A DNA stretch of 64,000 nucleotides from Candidatus Latescibacterota bacterium (lineage in GTDB: Bacteria > Latescibacterota > UBA2968 > UBA8231): contig CBDCDC010000002.1 of assembly GCA_965215195.1 (NCBI GenBank), positions 512,001 to 576,000 of the forward strand. The letters are read 5' to 3'. The stretch's first letter is position 1, and every line of letters starts with the position of its first letter. Positions 1 to 9,150 of this stretch are shown here, one piece after another. Under the pieces are notes generated by a model, which worked only from the letters and a program-made list of their open reading frames with translations, had not been told where the DNA came from and did no database searches. Made by a program: the position numbers and the translations under genes.

Positions 1-2556
1 TCGGGCGTACTTTTCGACGCCTTGGACCCGGCCGTGCGGCGCTGGTACGTGCCGCAGGAACTTTTCCTTCTCTATCGCTGGAAGCAATGGGAGTACACCA
101 ATTATGCCCGGGATCACTACCAGCGCTATCTGAATCCCGATATAGAGGGGGATTATTTTTACGACCTGTATGGGTCTTTCATCTCCAAAGGCTGGCTCAT
201 CTACGATTGGCGCCAGCAGCAGCCGCAGCAGTTTGGCAGCGCCATTTTCAAAGATCCGCGGTTTGGGTCGTGGTTCAATCGGCTGGTCATCTCCTCGGAC
301 CGCAGCGGCCAGTACCACATGGCCCTGACCATTGGCGAACAGCTCCGCACCACCTTGACGCCCATGACTTTTTCTAAGCCGGCTTTCGACGGGGTGCAGA
401 TGGATCTCCAGTCCGACAAGTACGCGGCCACGATATTGATGTCGCGCATTAGCTCGCCGGGCAGAGCGGGCACCATTACGGTGGAAGCGACCAATAGCAC
501 CAACCTCTTCGGCTTTAGGGGAACGACCCAGATCGGCGATTTTGTCAAGGTGGGCGGCACTTATGTCAACGCCCATCATTCCCAGACCTTGATCGAGAGC
601 CTCGAGGGCGACCCGGTAAGCGGCTCCCTGACCGTGGGGCAGAACCTCGAACCCATAAGCCAGCTCTTCGTCCGTTTGAGCGATGATTCACCCGCGGATC
701 GCGAAGGCGGGGCCGCGCTGTTTTCCCACGATATCATCATCGAGGCCGAGACCGAGGTTGTGGTTGTAACAGACGATGGCGAAGAGCGGATCGAAATTCG
801 CAAAGAGACGGTGCGCGGCAGCGAGATCGGCTTCAGTGCCCTCATCAACGGAGGGTTTCGGCGGCGGGGCTTTCTCGCGGCCGATGGCAGCGAGCAGATC
901 GTGCTGACCTATGATTTCACCAGCGAGAACCGCTCGTACAACGGCCCGGACCTCTCCACCATTCGCCGGGTCACCCTCGAATTGGCCGTAGCCAACGACT
1001 ACCACATTGAGATGGGGTCCGATCGCCAGACCAATCTGCCCGAGCGCCAGCCGGTCTTTCTGACTCAGGCGCGGGCCGCGGGCAATGTAAAAGACGGCTC
1101 CAACCTGAGATTGGTGCGCTTTGACTACGGTTTGCCCACGGGCAACGACATCTTCGGCGGCACCATCGAAGTAAACGATCTGCTGGGCTTTGACCTCTAC
1201 GCCGAGTTCGATCGCAGCCGGCGCTTCCGCAAGTACCCCAATCGCAAATTCACCGAACACCTCATGGACTCCAACGAGGCCAGTGCTTGGATGATCAATC
1301 TGGCGCGGCGGACCTATCCCTTGTTCTTCTTTGGCGAAGTTTATAGCATGGATTACGACTACGGCACTACCGGCTTGCTCACGGAAGCCAACGGGGACAT
1401 TGACTACACCAACGAACGCCGGTTTTTCTACGAATTCGTCGAGGACAACGACGATCAGGATCGCACGCCCGACTGGCAGCGCGTCAACCAAGCGGGGCCG
1501 GACCGGGAAATTTTTCCGGGCTGGGACGAGAACAACGATTTCATCTCGGATTTCAACCAGAACGACACCGACTTCCGCCCGAATTACATTCCCGATTACG
1601 AAGAACCTTTCCTGCGCTACAGCGTGGATCGCCCCGAGTTCCTCTTTGGGGTAGATATGAACAACAATTTCTGGATCGACCGCTTTGAAAACGACGAAGA
1701 GCCCGACTTCCCCTACGACCGCGACCACCGCGGAGGCAATGTCTATGCCGGCGCTCACATCGTGCCCGGGATGCGGGTGACGGTTGGCCGCAAGCAGGAG
1801 CGCACGCTTTCTACCGACCGGGAGGAAAACAGCAGCTACGGGATGTTCACTTGGGATCGGGATATAGCTGGGTGGGGCCGGCTGCGGGTCTTCGACATGT
1901 TCAAGCAGGTTGAGGACACTATCCCGGACGATATCGTTCAGTGGGTGCAGCCGGCGGGTACTGAGGCGAATCTACAGCGGGTTCCAGACCTATTAGCCGC
2001 TCCCAACACTTGGATAAATTCCGCCTATATCGGTTTTGACTACACCGGGAGCGCCAAGCTGAAACTGGTCCACAAAGTGAAATACGATGTCTGGCATCAG
2101 CGGGAGGAACAGTCGGACTTTCGCGACAAGTACCAATTTTTTGGCCTTATTAACAAAGCCGAGTACCGGCAACAGTGGGGACGCTTTCAGCTCGCGCCCA
2201 AGATCAAAAACGAATTGCGGCTCGAAGCGCCCTTGTTGAGCAATGAGCCGGTGCGAAGAGAGGACACCTTGATCCTGTTCCTCATTGGCCAGACCCCTAT
2301 ACTGACCGGCTCAGAAGTACAAGTGGGAGTCGAGTACACCCTATTCAACCAATTCGAAGAAGACGCGACAGCCTTGGGTCTGCAGGAAGATTTTCAGGAG
2401 TTGGTGCTGGCGGTCCAATACTCCAATACCGGCGCTTATTTGGGATACGCTTTGACCACCCAGTTGGGCATGCGAATCAACCGCATAGACGAAAAGGGGC
2501 AAAATCCCTCGACGGGCATAGCGCAGTTCATTACGGTACTCGCGGGACTCGATTAA
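1..2556 (+). CDS. Large hypothetical outer-membrane/secreted protein, 5'-truncated by the window edge
   Basis: Frame is open from base 1 (SGVLFDALDP...), at least 851 aa. Central acidic Ca-binding-like motifs (EDNDDQD, WDENNDFISDFNQND, DMNNNFWIDRFEND). C-terminal ~250 aa of alternating amphipathic beta-strands ending QFITVLAGLD. Confidence 0.75.
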   Translation, partial: SGVLFDALDPAVRRWYVPQELFLLYRWKQWEYTNYARDHYQRYLNPDIEGDYFYDLYGSFISKGWLIYDWRQQQPQQFGSAIFKDPRFGSWFNRLVISSDRSGQYHMALTIGEQLRTTLTPMTFSKPAFDGVQMDLQSDKYAATILMSRISSPGRAGTITVEATNSTNLFGFRGTTQIGDFVKVGGTYVNAHHSQTLIESLEGDPVSGSLTVGQNLEPISQLFVRLSDDSPADREGGAALFSHDIIIEAETEVVVVTDDGEERIEIRKETVRGSEIGFSALINGGFRRRGFLAADGSEQIVLTYDFTSENRSYNGPDLSTIRRVTLELAVANDYHIEMGSDRQTNLPERQPVFLTQARAAGNVKDGSNLRLVRFDYGLPTGNDIFGGTIEVNDLLGFDLYAEFDRSRRFRKYPNRKFTEHLMDSNEASAWMINLARRTYPLFFFGEVYSMDYDYGTTGLLTEANGDIDYTNERRFFYEFVEDNDDQDRTPDWQRVNQAGPDREIFPGWDENNDFISDFNQNDTDFRPNYIPDYEEPFLRYSVDRPEFLFGVDMNNNFWIDRFENDEEPDFPYDRDHRGGNVYAGAHIVPGMRVTVGRKQERTLSTDREENSSYGMFTWDRDIAGWGRLRVFDMFKQVEDTIPDDIVQWVQPAGTEANLQRVPDLLAAPNTWINSAYIGFDYTGSAKLKLVHKVKYDVWHQREEQSDFRDKYQFFGLINKAEYRQQWGRFQLAPKIKNELRLEAPLLSNEPVRREDTLILFLIGQTPILTGSEVQVGVEYTLFNQFEEDATALGLQEDFQELVLAVQYSNTGAYLGYALTTQLGMRINRIDEKGQNPSTGIAQFITVLAGLD

Positions 2557-2582
2557 CGCACGCCAGTGCGGGAGGTAGCGGC

Positions 2583-4487
2583 ATGAAAAGAACGAGGCCG
2601 ATTTCACTGCTTGTAGCCGCTTTGGTGCTGGCGGGTCAATCCGCTGCCTTGGAGATTTTCCGCATCGGCGGTGAAAATTTCCCACCGCCGCCAGAGGCGT
2701 CGGATCCGGCGGTCGCTTTCACCTTAGTGCCGTGGAGTGATTTTCTGGAAAAGGACGGTTTTGACGACGAGGCATTTGCTGCCGGCACCCTGCGGCCTCT
2801 CTTCCTGACCCCAGAGGACAATATCGCCCTGACCAGTCTGAATCGCGGCGGCGGCCCCTTTTCGCGCGGCTGCGGGGGCTATCAATTTCTCCTCGACGGT
2901 TGCCATGCTACGCGGCTGGTCGATGGGGATCTCAATACCTTTTACCTAAAGCAGCCCTACGGCTTTGTATTCCAGTCCGGGGACCGCTCTAGCTGGCTCA
3001 TCTTCGATTTGGGCGGGGCCTTCTCGGTAAACCGGGTCCGGCTCATCAGCACGCCGGGCACCTCCCTTTATCCAGACAAGCTCCAAGTCACTACTAGCAT
3101 GATTCCCCAGATTGTGGAGCGGGGACAATACGGCGGCGTGGATCCCGGCAGGACGGTCTTTTCCGTGGTCGAAAATACCCAAGACACCATAGAAGCGGTC
3201 TTTCCCACTATGCGGGCCACCGAGGTGGGCTTGCAGATTACCGTGACGACCAGCAGAAACATGGAAATATCCGAGGTGGAGATCTACGGGGAGGGCTTTG
3301 TCAACCGGGCCTCCTACGTCAGCAAGTTTTTCGACTTGGAGGAACCGGCCATTTTGGGCCAGATGCGCTGGCAGGGGCGGAAAGATCCGCAGGTCCGCAT
3401 CGACATCCATTCGCGCTCCGGCAAGACGCTGGATCCCAATGTGTACTGGCGCAATACCGGACGGGGAGACGAGCTTTCCCGCTTTGACGAAAACGGGAAG
3501 CTGCTCGACGCAAAGGGCTATGCCGGCTTAAAGACCGGCGAAGCGGCGGGAATCACCTACGACACCGAAAACTGGAGCTTCTGGTCGCCCCCCTATGAGT
3601 TCGCCGACAGCCTCGGCACTCCCGTCATCTCCCCAAGCCCCAATAACGTCTTCCAATTCCGCGTCGATTTTCAGCCCGATGCCCTGCAGGGCGGGGAGGT
3701 GGATTTTGTCGAGTTTTCGGTCACCAAGCCTCCCTTGGCCCAGAATGTAGTGGGAGAGGTCTATCCCCCGGAAGTGCCCCTCGGAGAGGTTTCGCAATTC
3801 GCGTACGTTATTTCCCCCACCATGACGCCGGACCACTCTGGTTTCGACCAGATTGAAATAGCTGCCCCGTTTGGCTTTGCCGGTGTCGATTCGGTGCGGG
3901 CCACTGGTCTAGTAGATTGGTCTGTACAGGTCGCGAGCCCGGATTCGACCCTCTTTTCCGTGCAACTTTTGCCGCGCCGCGAAGCCGGCGATCTAGGCGG
4001 GCCGGTTGAGGTGTACTTTCGCGCACCGGTGTTGCGCTACGGCACCCCATTCGACGGCTGGGTGCGGGATAGCGAACGCCCCTTGGAATTGGCGCAGCGG
4101 ATCAACCCGGGCAATGCCGCGCCCGAATTGGTGAGCGAAACCCTGTCGGTGCGCACGTCCCTGAGCGCGCGTCTGCTGGCGGACCTGCTGGTTGAGCCGA
4201 GGGTCTTTAGCCCCAATGGGGATGGAGTGAACGACAGCGCCAGATTTTCTTTGAATCTGCTACAGGTGACGGAAAACGTGCCCTTGAAACTGGAAATTTT
4301 CGACCTGTCCGGGCGGCTGTTGCGCCGGCAAGAAGGGCTGCACGAAAGCGGCCGGTTCAGCTTTTCTTGGGACGGTAGAGACGATCAGCAAGAACGGGTA
4401 GGGCCCGGCCTCTATATGTACCGCATCGCGGTGGAGGCCAAAAACGGGGACGATCAGCAAACTGGAACCATAGCAGTGGTGTACTAA
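2583..4487 (+). CDS. Secreted protein with discoidin-like domain and C-terminal FlgD-Ig/gliding-motility-CTD-like domain
   Basis: GGAGG RBS; Sec signal (MKRTRPISLLVAALVLAGQSAA); DGD..T / FDLG / EVEIYG pattern; C-terminus FSPNGDGVND...WDGRD...PGLYMYR...IAVVY. Confidence 0.8.
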   Translation: MKRTRPISLLVAALVLAGQSAALEIFRIGGENFPPPPEASDPAVAFTLVPWSDFLEKDGFDDEAFAAGTLRPLFLTPEDNIALTSLNRGGGPFSRGCGGYQFLLDGCHATRLVDGDLNTFYLKQPYGFVFQSGDRSSWLIFDLGGAFSVNRVRLISTPGTSLYPDKLQVTTSMIPQIVERGQYGGVDPGRTVFSVVENTQDTIEAVFPTMRATEVGLQITVTTSRNMEISEVEIYGEGFVNRASYVSKFFDLEEPAILGQMRWQGRKDPQVRIDIHSRSGKTLDPNVYWRNTGRGDELSRFDENGKLLDAKGYAGLKTGEAAGITYDTENWSFWSPPYEFADSLGTPVISPSPNNVFQFRVDFQPDALQGGEVDFVEFSVTKPPLAQNVVGEVYPPEVPLGEVSQFAYVISPTMTPDHSGFDQIEIAAPFGFAGVDSVRATGLVDWSVQVASPDSTLFSVQLLPRREAGDLGGPVEVYFRAPVLRYGTPFDGWVRDSERPLELAQRINPGNAAPELVSETLSVRTSLSARLLADLLVEPRVFSPNGDGVNDSARFSLNLLQVTENVPLKLEIFDLSGRLLRRQEGLHESGRFSFSWDGRDDQQERVGPGLYMYRIAVEAKNGDDQQTGTIAVVY

Positions 4488-4509
4488 GTCGCAAGGGGGT
4501 AGAGCACTT

Positions 4510-7023
4510 ATGAACAGCATGCGAGCCATCCTCTATACTTTGTTGCTCTCCGCTATGGCGTGGGCCCAGGGATATCGCCTCGAGCCGAACCAGTTGATCA
4601 TCAGCGAGAGCAACTGGGCGGAGTGGAATTTTCCCGCAGGCAGTGTGGATTTTAGCGCCGAAGGGGTCCGGCCCCATTTTGTGCAGCGGCAGATCAATGC
4701 CTCGCTGAACGCGGGTGCCTTCAGCCGCGAGGACGTGCCCGGGGGCATCCGACGGGCAGGGACCAACTTGGCGGGGGCAGCCCAGCTCATGGACGGTCTG
4801 GAGGAGACCTACTGGGAGCCGGCTCTGGATGCACCCCTGCGCGACTGGTGGGTTGAGGTGGATCTGGGTCGGGTGGTGTGGGCCGAGAAAGTGGTGGTGA
4901 AGTTTGTTGCCGAAGGGGCAGGGGATCCGTTTTTGCAGTTCAAGGTGCTCACCTCCAATGGGGATGAGGCCTTTCAGGGCAGTGAGAGTCTCGACTACCG
5001 GGTGGCTGGTCGCAGCGAGGGGTTGAACAAGACACAGCGGGTTTTCGAGTATGCTCTGCGTCCTTCCAAGTCGGCGGATCCGGGTTTGAGTGGGGATTTG
5101 ATCCAGTATGTGCAGATTGTGGCCACGGCCAGCGATGGTCGCCGGGGGGCGGAGGTGAGCGCGTCGCGTTGGCAGGATCTGCCGGCCGAGGAGCAAGGGG
5201 ATGTGCTGTATTTTCGTCGGGAGTCGACCGGGGTGGAGCGCGAGGTGTCTCAGGCCGAGTACGAGGCCATTCGCGAGGCTCGTTTTAAGGGCCCAATCCG
5301 CTATTATCGGGCGGAGCGTCCGCGGTTGGCCGAAGTGGAAGTATGGACGGTGGGGGAGAATATTGGGCTGGGCTGGAAGGAGCGCGGGGGGTCGCTCGAA
5401 GCCTTTGGGGGCGTGGGCGGGCAATCCAATATAGTCGACGGCGATTACACCACCGCTTGGAACGCAGAAGTGTCGTTTTCCGGAGCGGCCGGAGCGCAAG
5501 TCAAGAACCGGGACCGCAACCTACTGTTCGACTTGGGCACTTGGTACTGGGTTGACCGCACCTTTATTGTCTATGGCAATTCCATCTTTCCCAATTACGT
5601 GCTCAGTCTTTCGGATGGCAGTCTGGCGCCCGATGGCAGTCGGGTCTTTACCTCGGTGGTTGCGCGCGGCAGAGACGATGTCACGCTTGGCAGCGAGGCC
5701 CAAGCACCCGCAGGGTCGCTGCCGACGGACACGGCCATGCAGGCCAATTCCTTCCCCCCCATAAAGGGGCGCTACTTCAAGTTCGACTATCGCCTGATCA
5801 ACGTCGGGCGGGTAGCGTGGGGAGCCGATATAAGGCAACTGCTTCTCTACGGCTTTGGTTTTCTTCCGCAGGTCACCCTGCAAACGCCGGTGATCGAGTT
5901 GGGAGACAACCCCCGCATCCTTTCCACTATCTCTTGGGAGGCCGAAACCCCGCCCGGCACTCAGTTGCAGATCCGCACCCGGACTGGAAACAAGCTCTTT
6001 CTGGAGAAGCATTTCTTCAACAAACAGGGTGTTGAAGTCCCCGAGGCCGACTATCGCAAGATGCTGTCCTTTCTGCGGGGGGATTCGACGGTCGCCTTTG
6101 TGCCCGACGAGGCGGATTGGAGCCCGTGGAGCCAATTTTACGAGCAACCCGGAGCGGCCATCACCTCCCCTAGTCCGCGGCGCTATATAATGATTGAGGC
6201 CGGCCTGCTCTCGGACGATCCCCACCAATCTGCGATGTTGCACAACCTGAACATTGGTCTGAGAGATCCATTGGCGCACCAAATTCTGGGCGCAGTAACG
6301 CCCCGCCGGGCCCAACAGAGCGGTCGATCTGAAGAGTTCACGCTGTTGCTGACGATCCCGCCCAACGAGGAGGGCTCGTCGGGTCTGGGGTTCGATCAGG
6401 TGCTTTTTGAAGTGCCCCCCAGCGCCGAAGTGGAACTGGTGGATGTGCGGGTGGGCGAGGCGGTGTATCGGGCGGACGAGTTGGAGGTAAAGGCCAAGTC
6501 TGATTCGCTGTGGGTGCGCCTGCCCGGGGTGGTGCAGGCGGCTGAGTCTCAGGTGGTGCTGCGTTTTTCGAGTGCGTTTTATCTGGCGAGCAATGCGTTT
6601 CTGGTCTCGGTGGGACTGGGGGAGGTGTGGCAGCGGGTGGACCCGACCGCGGACGGCGAGGGCCTGACCGTGCTGACGCCGGTAGCTGGTGGACTGGTAG
6701 GCGAGGTGGAGGTAGTGGCGAATCCGTTCACCCCGAATGGGGACGACATCAACGATGCGGTGAAATTCGTCTTTCCCATATTCAAGATGCCGGGGCAGAC
6801 CTCGCTGATATTGGAGGTCTATGCGCTCAATGGGTCGCTAGTGCATCGTCGAGCGCAGTCCGTAGCGTACGCGGCCGGGGTTCAGGAGGTGAGTTGGGAT
6901 GGCCGGGACCAGGATGGAGTGCTGTTGCCGCCTGGCTTGTATATCTGCCGGGTGGGTCCAGAGGTGGATGCAGAGAGTAGCGGTGAATCCACGGTGGCCA
7001 CTGTCGTGGCCAGTGTGTACTGA
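4510..7023 (+). CDS. Secreted protein with two discoidin-like domains and C-terminal FlgD-Ig/gliding-motility-CTD-like domain
   Basis: Signal peptide ending AWA; two DG..T.W / DLG / E.EV-type repeats; WSPWS-SPSPRRY motif; C-terminus NPFTPNGDDIND...WDGRD...PPGLYICR...VASVY. Confidence 0.8.
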   Translation: MNSMRAILYTLLLSAMAWAQGYRLEPNQLIISESNWAEWNFPAGSVDFSAEGVRPHFVQRQINASLNAGAFSREDVPGGIRRAGTNLAGAAQLMDGLEETYWEPALDAPLRDWWVEVDLGRVVWAEKVVVKFVAEGAGDPFLQFKVLTSNGDEAFQGSESLDYRVAGRSEGLNKTQRVFEYALRPSKSADPGLSGDLIQYVQIVATASDGRRGAEVSASRWQDLPAEEQGDVLYFRRESTGVEREVSQAEYEAIREARFKGPIRYYRAERPRLAEVEVWTVGENIGLGWKERGGSLEAFGGVGGQSNIVDGDYTTAWNAEVSFSGAAGAQVKNRDRNLLFDLGTWYWVDRTFIVYGNSIFPNYVLSLSDGSLAPDGSRVFTSVVARGRDDVTLGSEAQAPAGSLPTDTAMQANSFPPIKGRYFKFDYRLINVGRVAWGADIRQLLLYGFGFLPQVTLQTPVIELGDNPRILSTISWEAETPPGTQLQIRTRTGNKLFLEKHFFNKQGVEVPEADYRKMLSFLRGDSTVAFVPDEADWSPWSQFYEQPGAAITSPSPRRYIMIEAGLLSDDPHQSAMLHNLNIGLRDPLAHQILGAVTPRRAQQSGRSEEFTLLLTIPPNEEGSSGLGFDQVLFEVPPSAEVELVDVRVGEAVYRADELEVKAKSDSLWVRLPGVVQAAESQVVLRFSSAFYLASNAFLVSVGLGEVWQRVDPTADGEGLTVLTPVAGGLVGEVEVVANPFTPNGDDINDAVKFVFPIFKMPGQTSLILEVYALNGSLVHRRAQSVAYAAGVQEVSWDGRDQDGVLLPPGLYICRVGPEVDAESSGESTVATVVASVY

Positions 7024-7149
7024 AAGTCTAGACGCAAATTCCTCCCGGCGTGGCCGCCGCGCCGGCCCCATCGTCCCGCTGATCCCATTCCACCATTGCC
7101 TTCCCAACCGCCGGGAAAGTAGCCGGTAGCTGCTTGGGACAAGGGGCGA

Positions 7150-9150
7150 ATGCGGTTGCAAAAGAAAATCCCCGCAGAGTATCTGCAATACCTAGCGAAA
7201 GAGACCCACTTGGCAGCAGATCAGCAAAGTGCCACCGGCATTCCCATGCGGGGCCTATTGATCGGGGCGGTGCTCGCCTTTCTGATCAATTTCCTCGACG
7301 TGTATTGCACCCTCATGATACGCGGGTCGTACCTGACCCTGAATTTCAGTACGCCGGCGGCCCTTTTCTTTTTCTTCATCTTGGTGCTGGCCAGCGGCCT
7401 AATAGCCCTCATCCGCCGGCCCTTGGCGCTAAACCAGACCGAGCTGATCACTATCTACATCATGATGATCGTGAGCTGCTGCGTCCCCAGCATGGGGTTG
7501 ACGCCGGTCTTGCTGCCCCAACTGGTGGGTCCCATCTACTACGCCACCCCGGAAAACGACTGGGCCGAGATCTACAACCAGTTCATACCCAACTGGCTCA
7601 TTCCGCAAGGGGAAGACGTGGCGCGCTATTTCTACGAAGGGCTGCCCGAGGGGGTCCCCATCCCTTGGGCACCTTGGATTGTGCCCCTGACCTACTGGTA
7701 CGGTTTCTTCCTCTCGCTCTGTCTGGTCATGACGTTCACTATGATCATTCTGCGCAAGCAGTGGGTGGACCGCGAAAAACTGGTCTATCCCTTGGTCCAA
7801 GTGCCCATGGAGATGATCCAGCAGGAGAGCAAGGGAATTATTGGCAAGTCCTTTTTTACCAACAAAGCAATGTGGGTCGCCTTTGCCTTTTCGTTCACTC
7901 TGATCAGCATCAACGGGTTGCATTCCTATTACCCGTACTTCCCGCTAATTGAGCGGGACTTCAGGCTACCCGTTTTCCGCGACACCGTCATGCTCTGGTT
8001 CTTCTTCAGTCCGTCTTGGCTCGGCTTCTTCTACTTTGTCGGTCTCGACATTTCCGCTTCCATCTGGGTTTTCCACACCCTCACCCTGATCCAGAAGGGG
8101 ATCTTCAACGTCGTCGGCATCCAGAGCACCGAGCGGATAGACCACTATGCCCGCGATACGTACACCTCCCATCAGGGCATGGGGGCCATGATCGTCTTTG
8201 TGCTGATCATGTTATGGGGATCGCGCGAACACCTAGGCCATGTATTCCGCAAGGCGCTGGGCCGCGCCCCCGCAGTAGAAGACTGCGGCGAGGTGGTGTC
8301 CTATCGGCAGGCGGTGTTGGGTTGGTTGGGTTCGCTGTTCCTGTTTGGCCTTGGCCTGTGGATGAGCGGCCTCCCGCCGTTGGCCACCCTGATGTTCATC
8401 TTCAGCGCCATGGTGATTTTTCTCAGCCTGAGCCGCGTTGTGACCGAAGGCGGCGTCCCGGCCATGAGGCCGCCGGTGATGAGTTCGACCTTTGTCATTT
8501 CCGGGGGCGGCACCCAAGTCTTGGGGGCTTCCGGGCTGGTGGCACTGGGCTTCTCCTATGGCTGGCACTCGGAAATCCGCTCTTTTGTGATGGCGTCGGT
8601 GGCCAACGGGCTAAAAATGAGCGAAGTCATCAGGGGCTCCAAGCGCCGTCTGTTCTGGGCCGTGCTCATCGCCATTGTGGTCAGCTTGATAGGCTCTACG
8701 TACATGGTTCTGTACCTCGCCTATAAATACGGCGGCATCAACCTCAATCCGCTCTTTTTCGGCTGGAAGGGGGGCATTGGCCCCACGGATATGGCCCCGC
8801 GCATTGCCGCAGAACCCACGGGACCCCGTCTCGACGCTTGGTTGTTCATGGGCATTGGCGGGGCGGTGATGGCGGGATTGATGTGGGTGCGCCACCAAGT
8901 CCTCTGGTGGCCCCTTAGTCCGCTCGGTTATTTGATCAGCGCCAATTGGAAGACCAGTCACATTTACGCCAGCGTATTCCTCGCTTGGTTTCTCAAGTTG
9001 GTCATTCTGAGGTATGGCGGGCCCAAACTGTACCGCAGCTTGCGCCCGTTTTTCCTCGGGCTCATCCTCGGGGAAATTGTGGCGGCCGGCGTCTGGCTGG
9101 TCATTGATTATCTCACCGGACACATGGACAGTTTCCTCACCCAAGTATAG
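7150..9150 (+). CDS. Large polytopic membrane protein (DUF6785/DUF6784-like, putative transporter)
   Basis: 666 aa with many hydrophobic helices; motifs LRKQWVDREKLVYPL, LSRVVTEGG, WWPLSPLGY, LRYGG..LY...RPFFLGLILGE. Confidence 0.7.
   Translation: MRLQKKIPAEYLQYLAKETHLAADQQSATGIPMRGLLIGAVLAFLINFLDVYCTLMIRGSYLTLNFSTPAALFFFFILVLASGLIALIRRPLALNQTELITIYIMMIVSCCVPSMGLTPVLLPQLVGPIYYATPENDWAEIYNQFIPNWLIPQGEDVARYFYEGLPEGVPIPWAPWIVPLTYWYGFFLSLCLVMTFTMIILRKQWVDREKLVYPLVQVPMEMIQQESKGIIGKSFFTNKAMWVAFAFSFTLISINGLHSYYPYFPLIERDFRLPVFRDTVMLWFFFSPSWLGFFYFVGLDISASIWVFHTLTLIQKGIFNVVGIQSTERIDHYARDTYTSHQGMGAMIVFVLIMLWGSREHLGHVFRKALGRAPAVEDCGEVVSYRQAVLGWLGSLFLFGLGLWMSGLPPLATLMFIFSAMVIFLSLSRVVTEGGVPAMRPPVMSSTFVISGGGTQVLGASGLVALGFSYGWHSEIRSFVMASVANGLKMSEVIRGSKRRLFWAVLIAIVVSLIGSTYMVLYLAYKYGGINLNPLFFGWKGGIGPTDMAPRIAAEPTGPRLDAWLFMGIGGAVMAGLMWVRHQVLWWPLSPLGYLISANWKTSHIYASVFLAWFLKLVILRYGGPKLYRSLRPFFLGLILGEIVAAGVWLVIDYLTGHMDSFLTQV

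Noticed and set aside
688-6315. Long antisense ORFs (688..1758, 4357..5499, 5521..6315)
   Set aside because: Antisense shadows typical of high-GC coding DNA.
7028-7100. Antisense peptide VEWDQRDDG...PGG resembling a CTD remnant
   Set aside because: Too short and degenerate to distinguish from chance.
7015-7130. GAAA...GACGCAAA resembling a c-di-GMP-I riboswitch
   Set aside because: No upstream GGCAAA or proper P2 stem, and it overlaps a stop codon.
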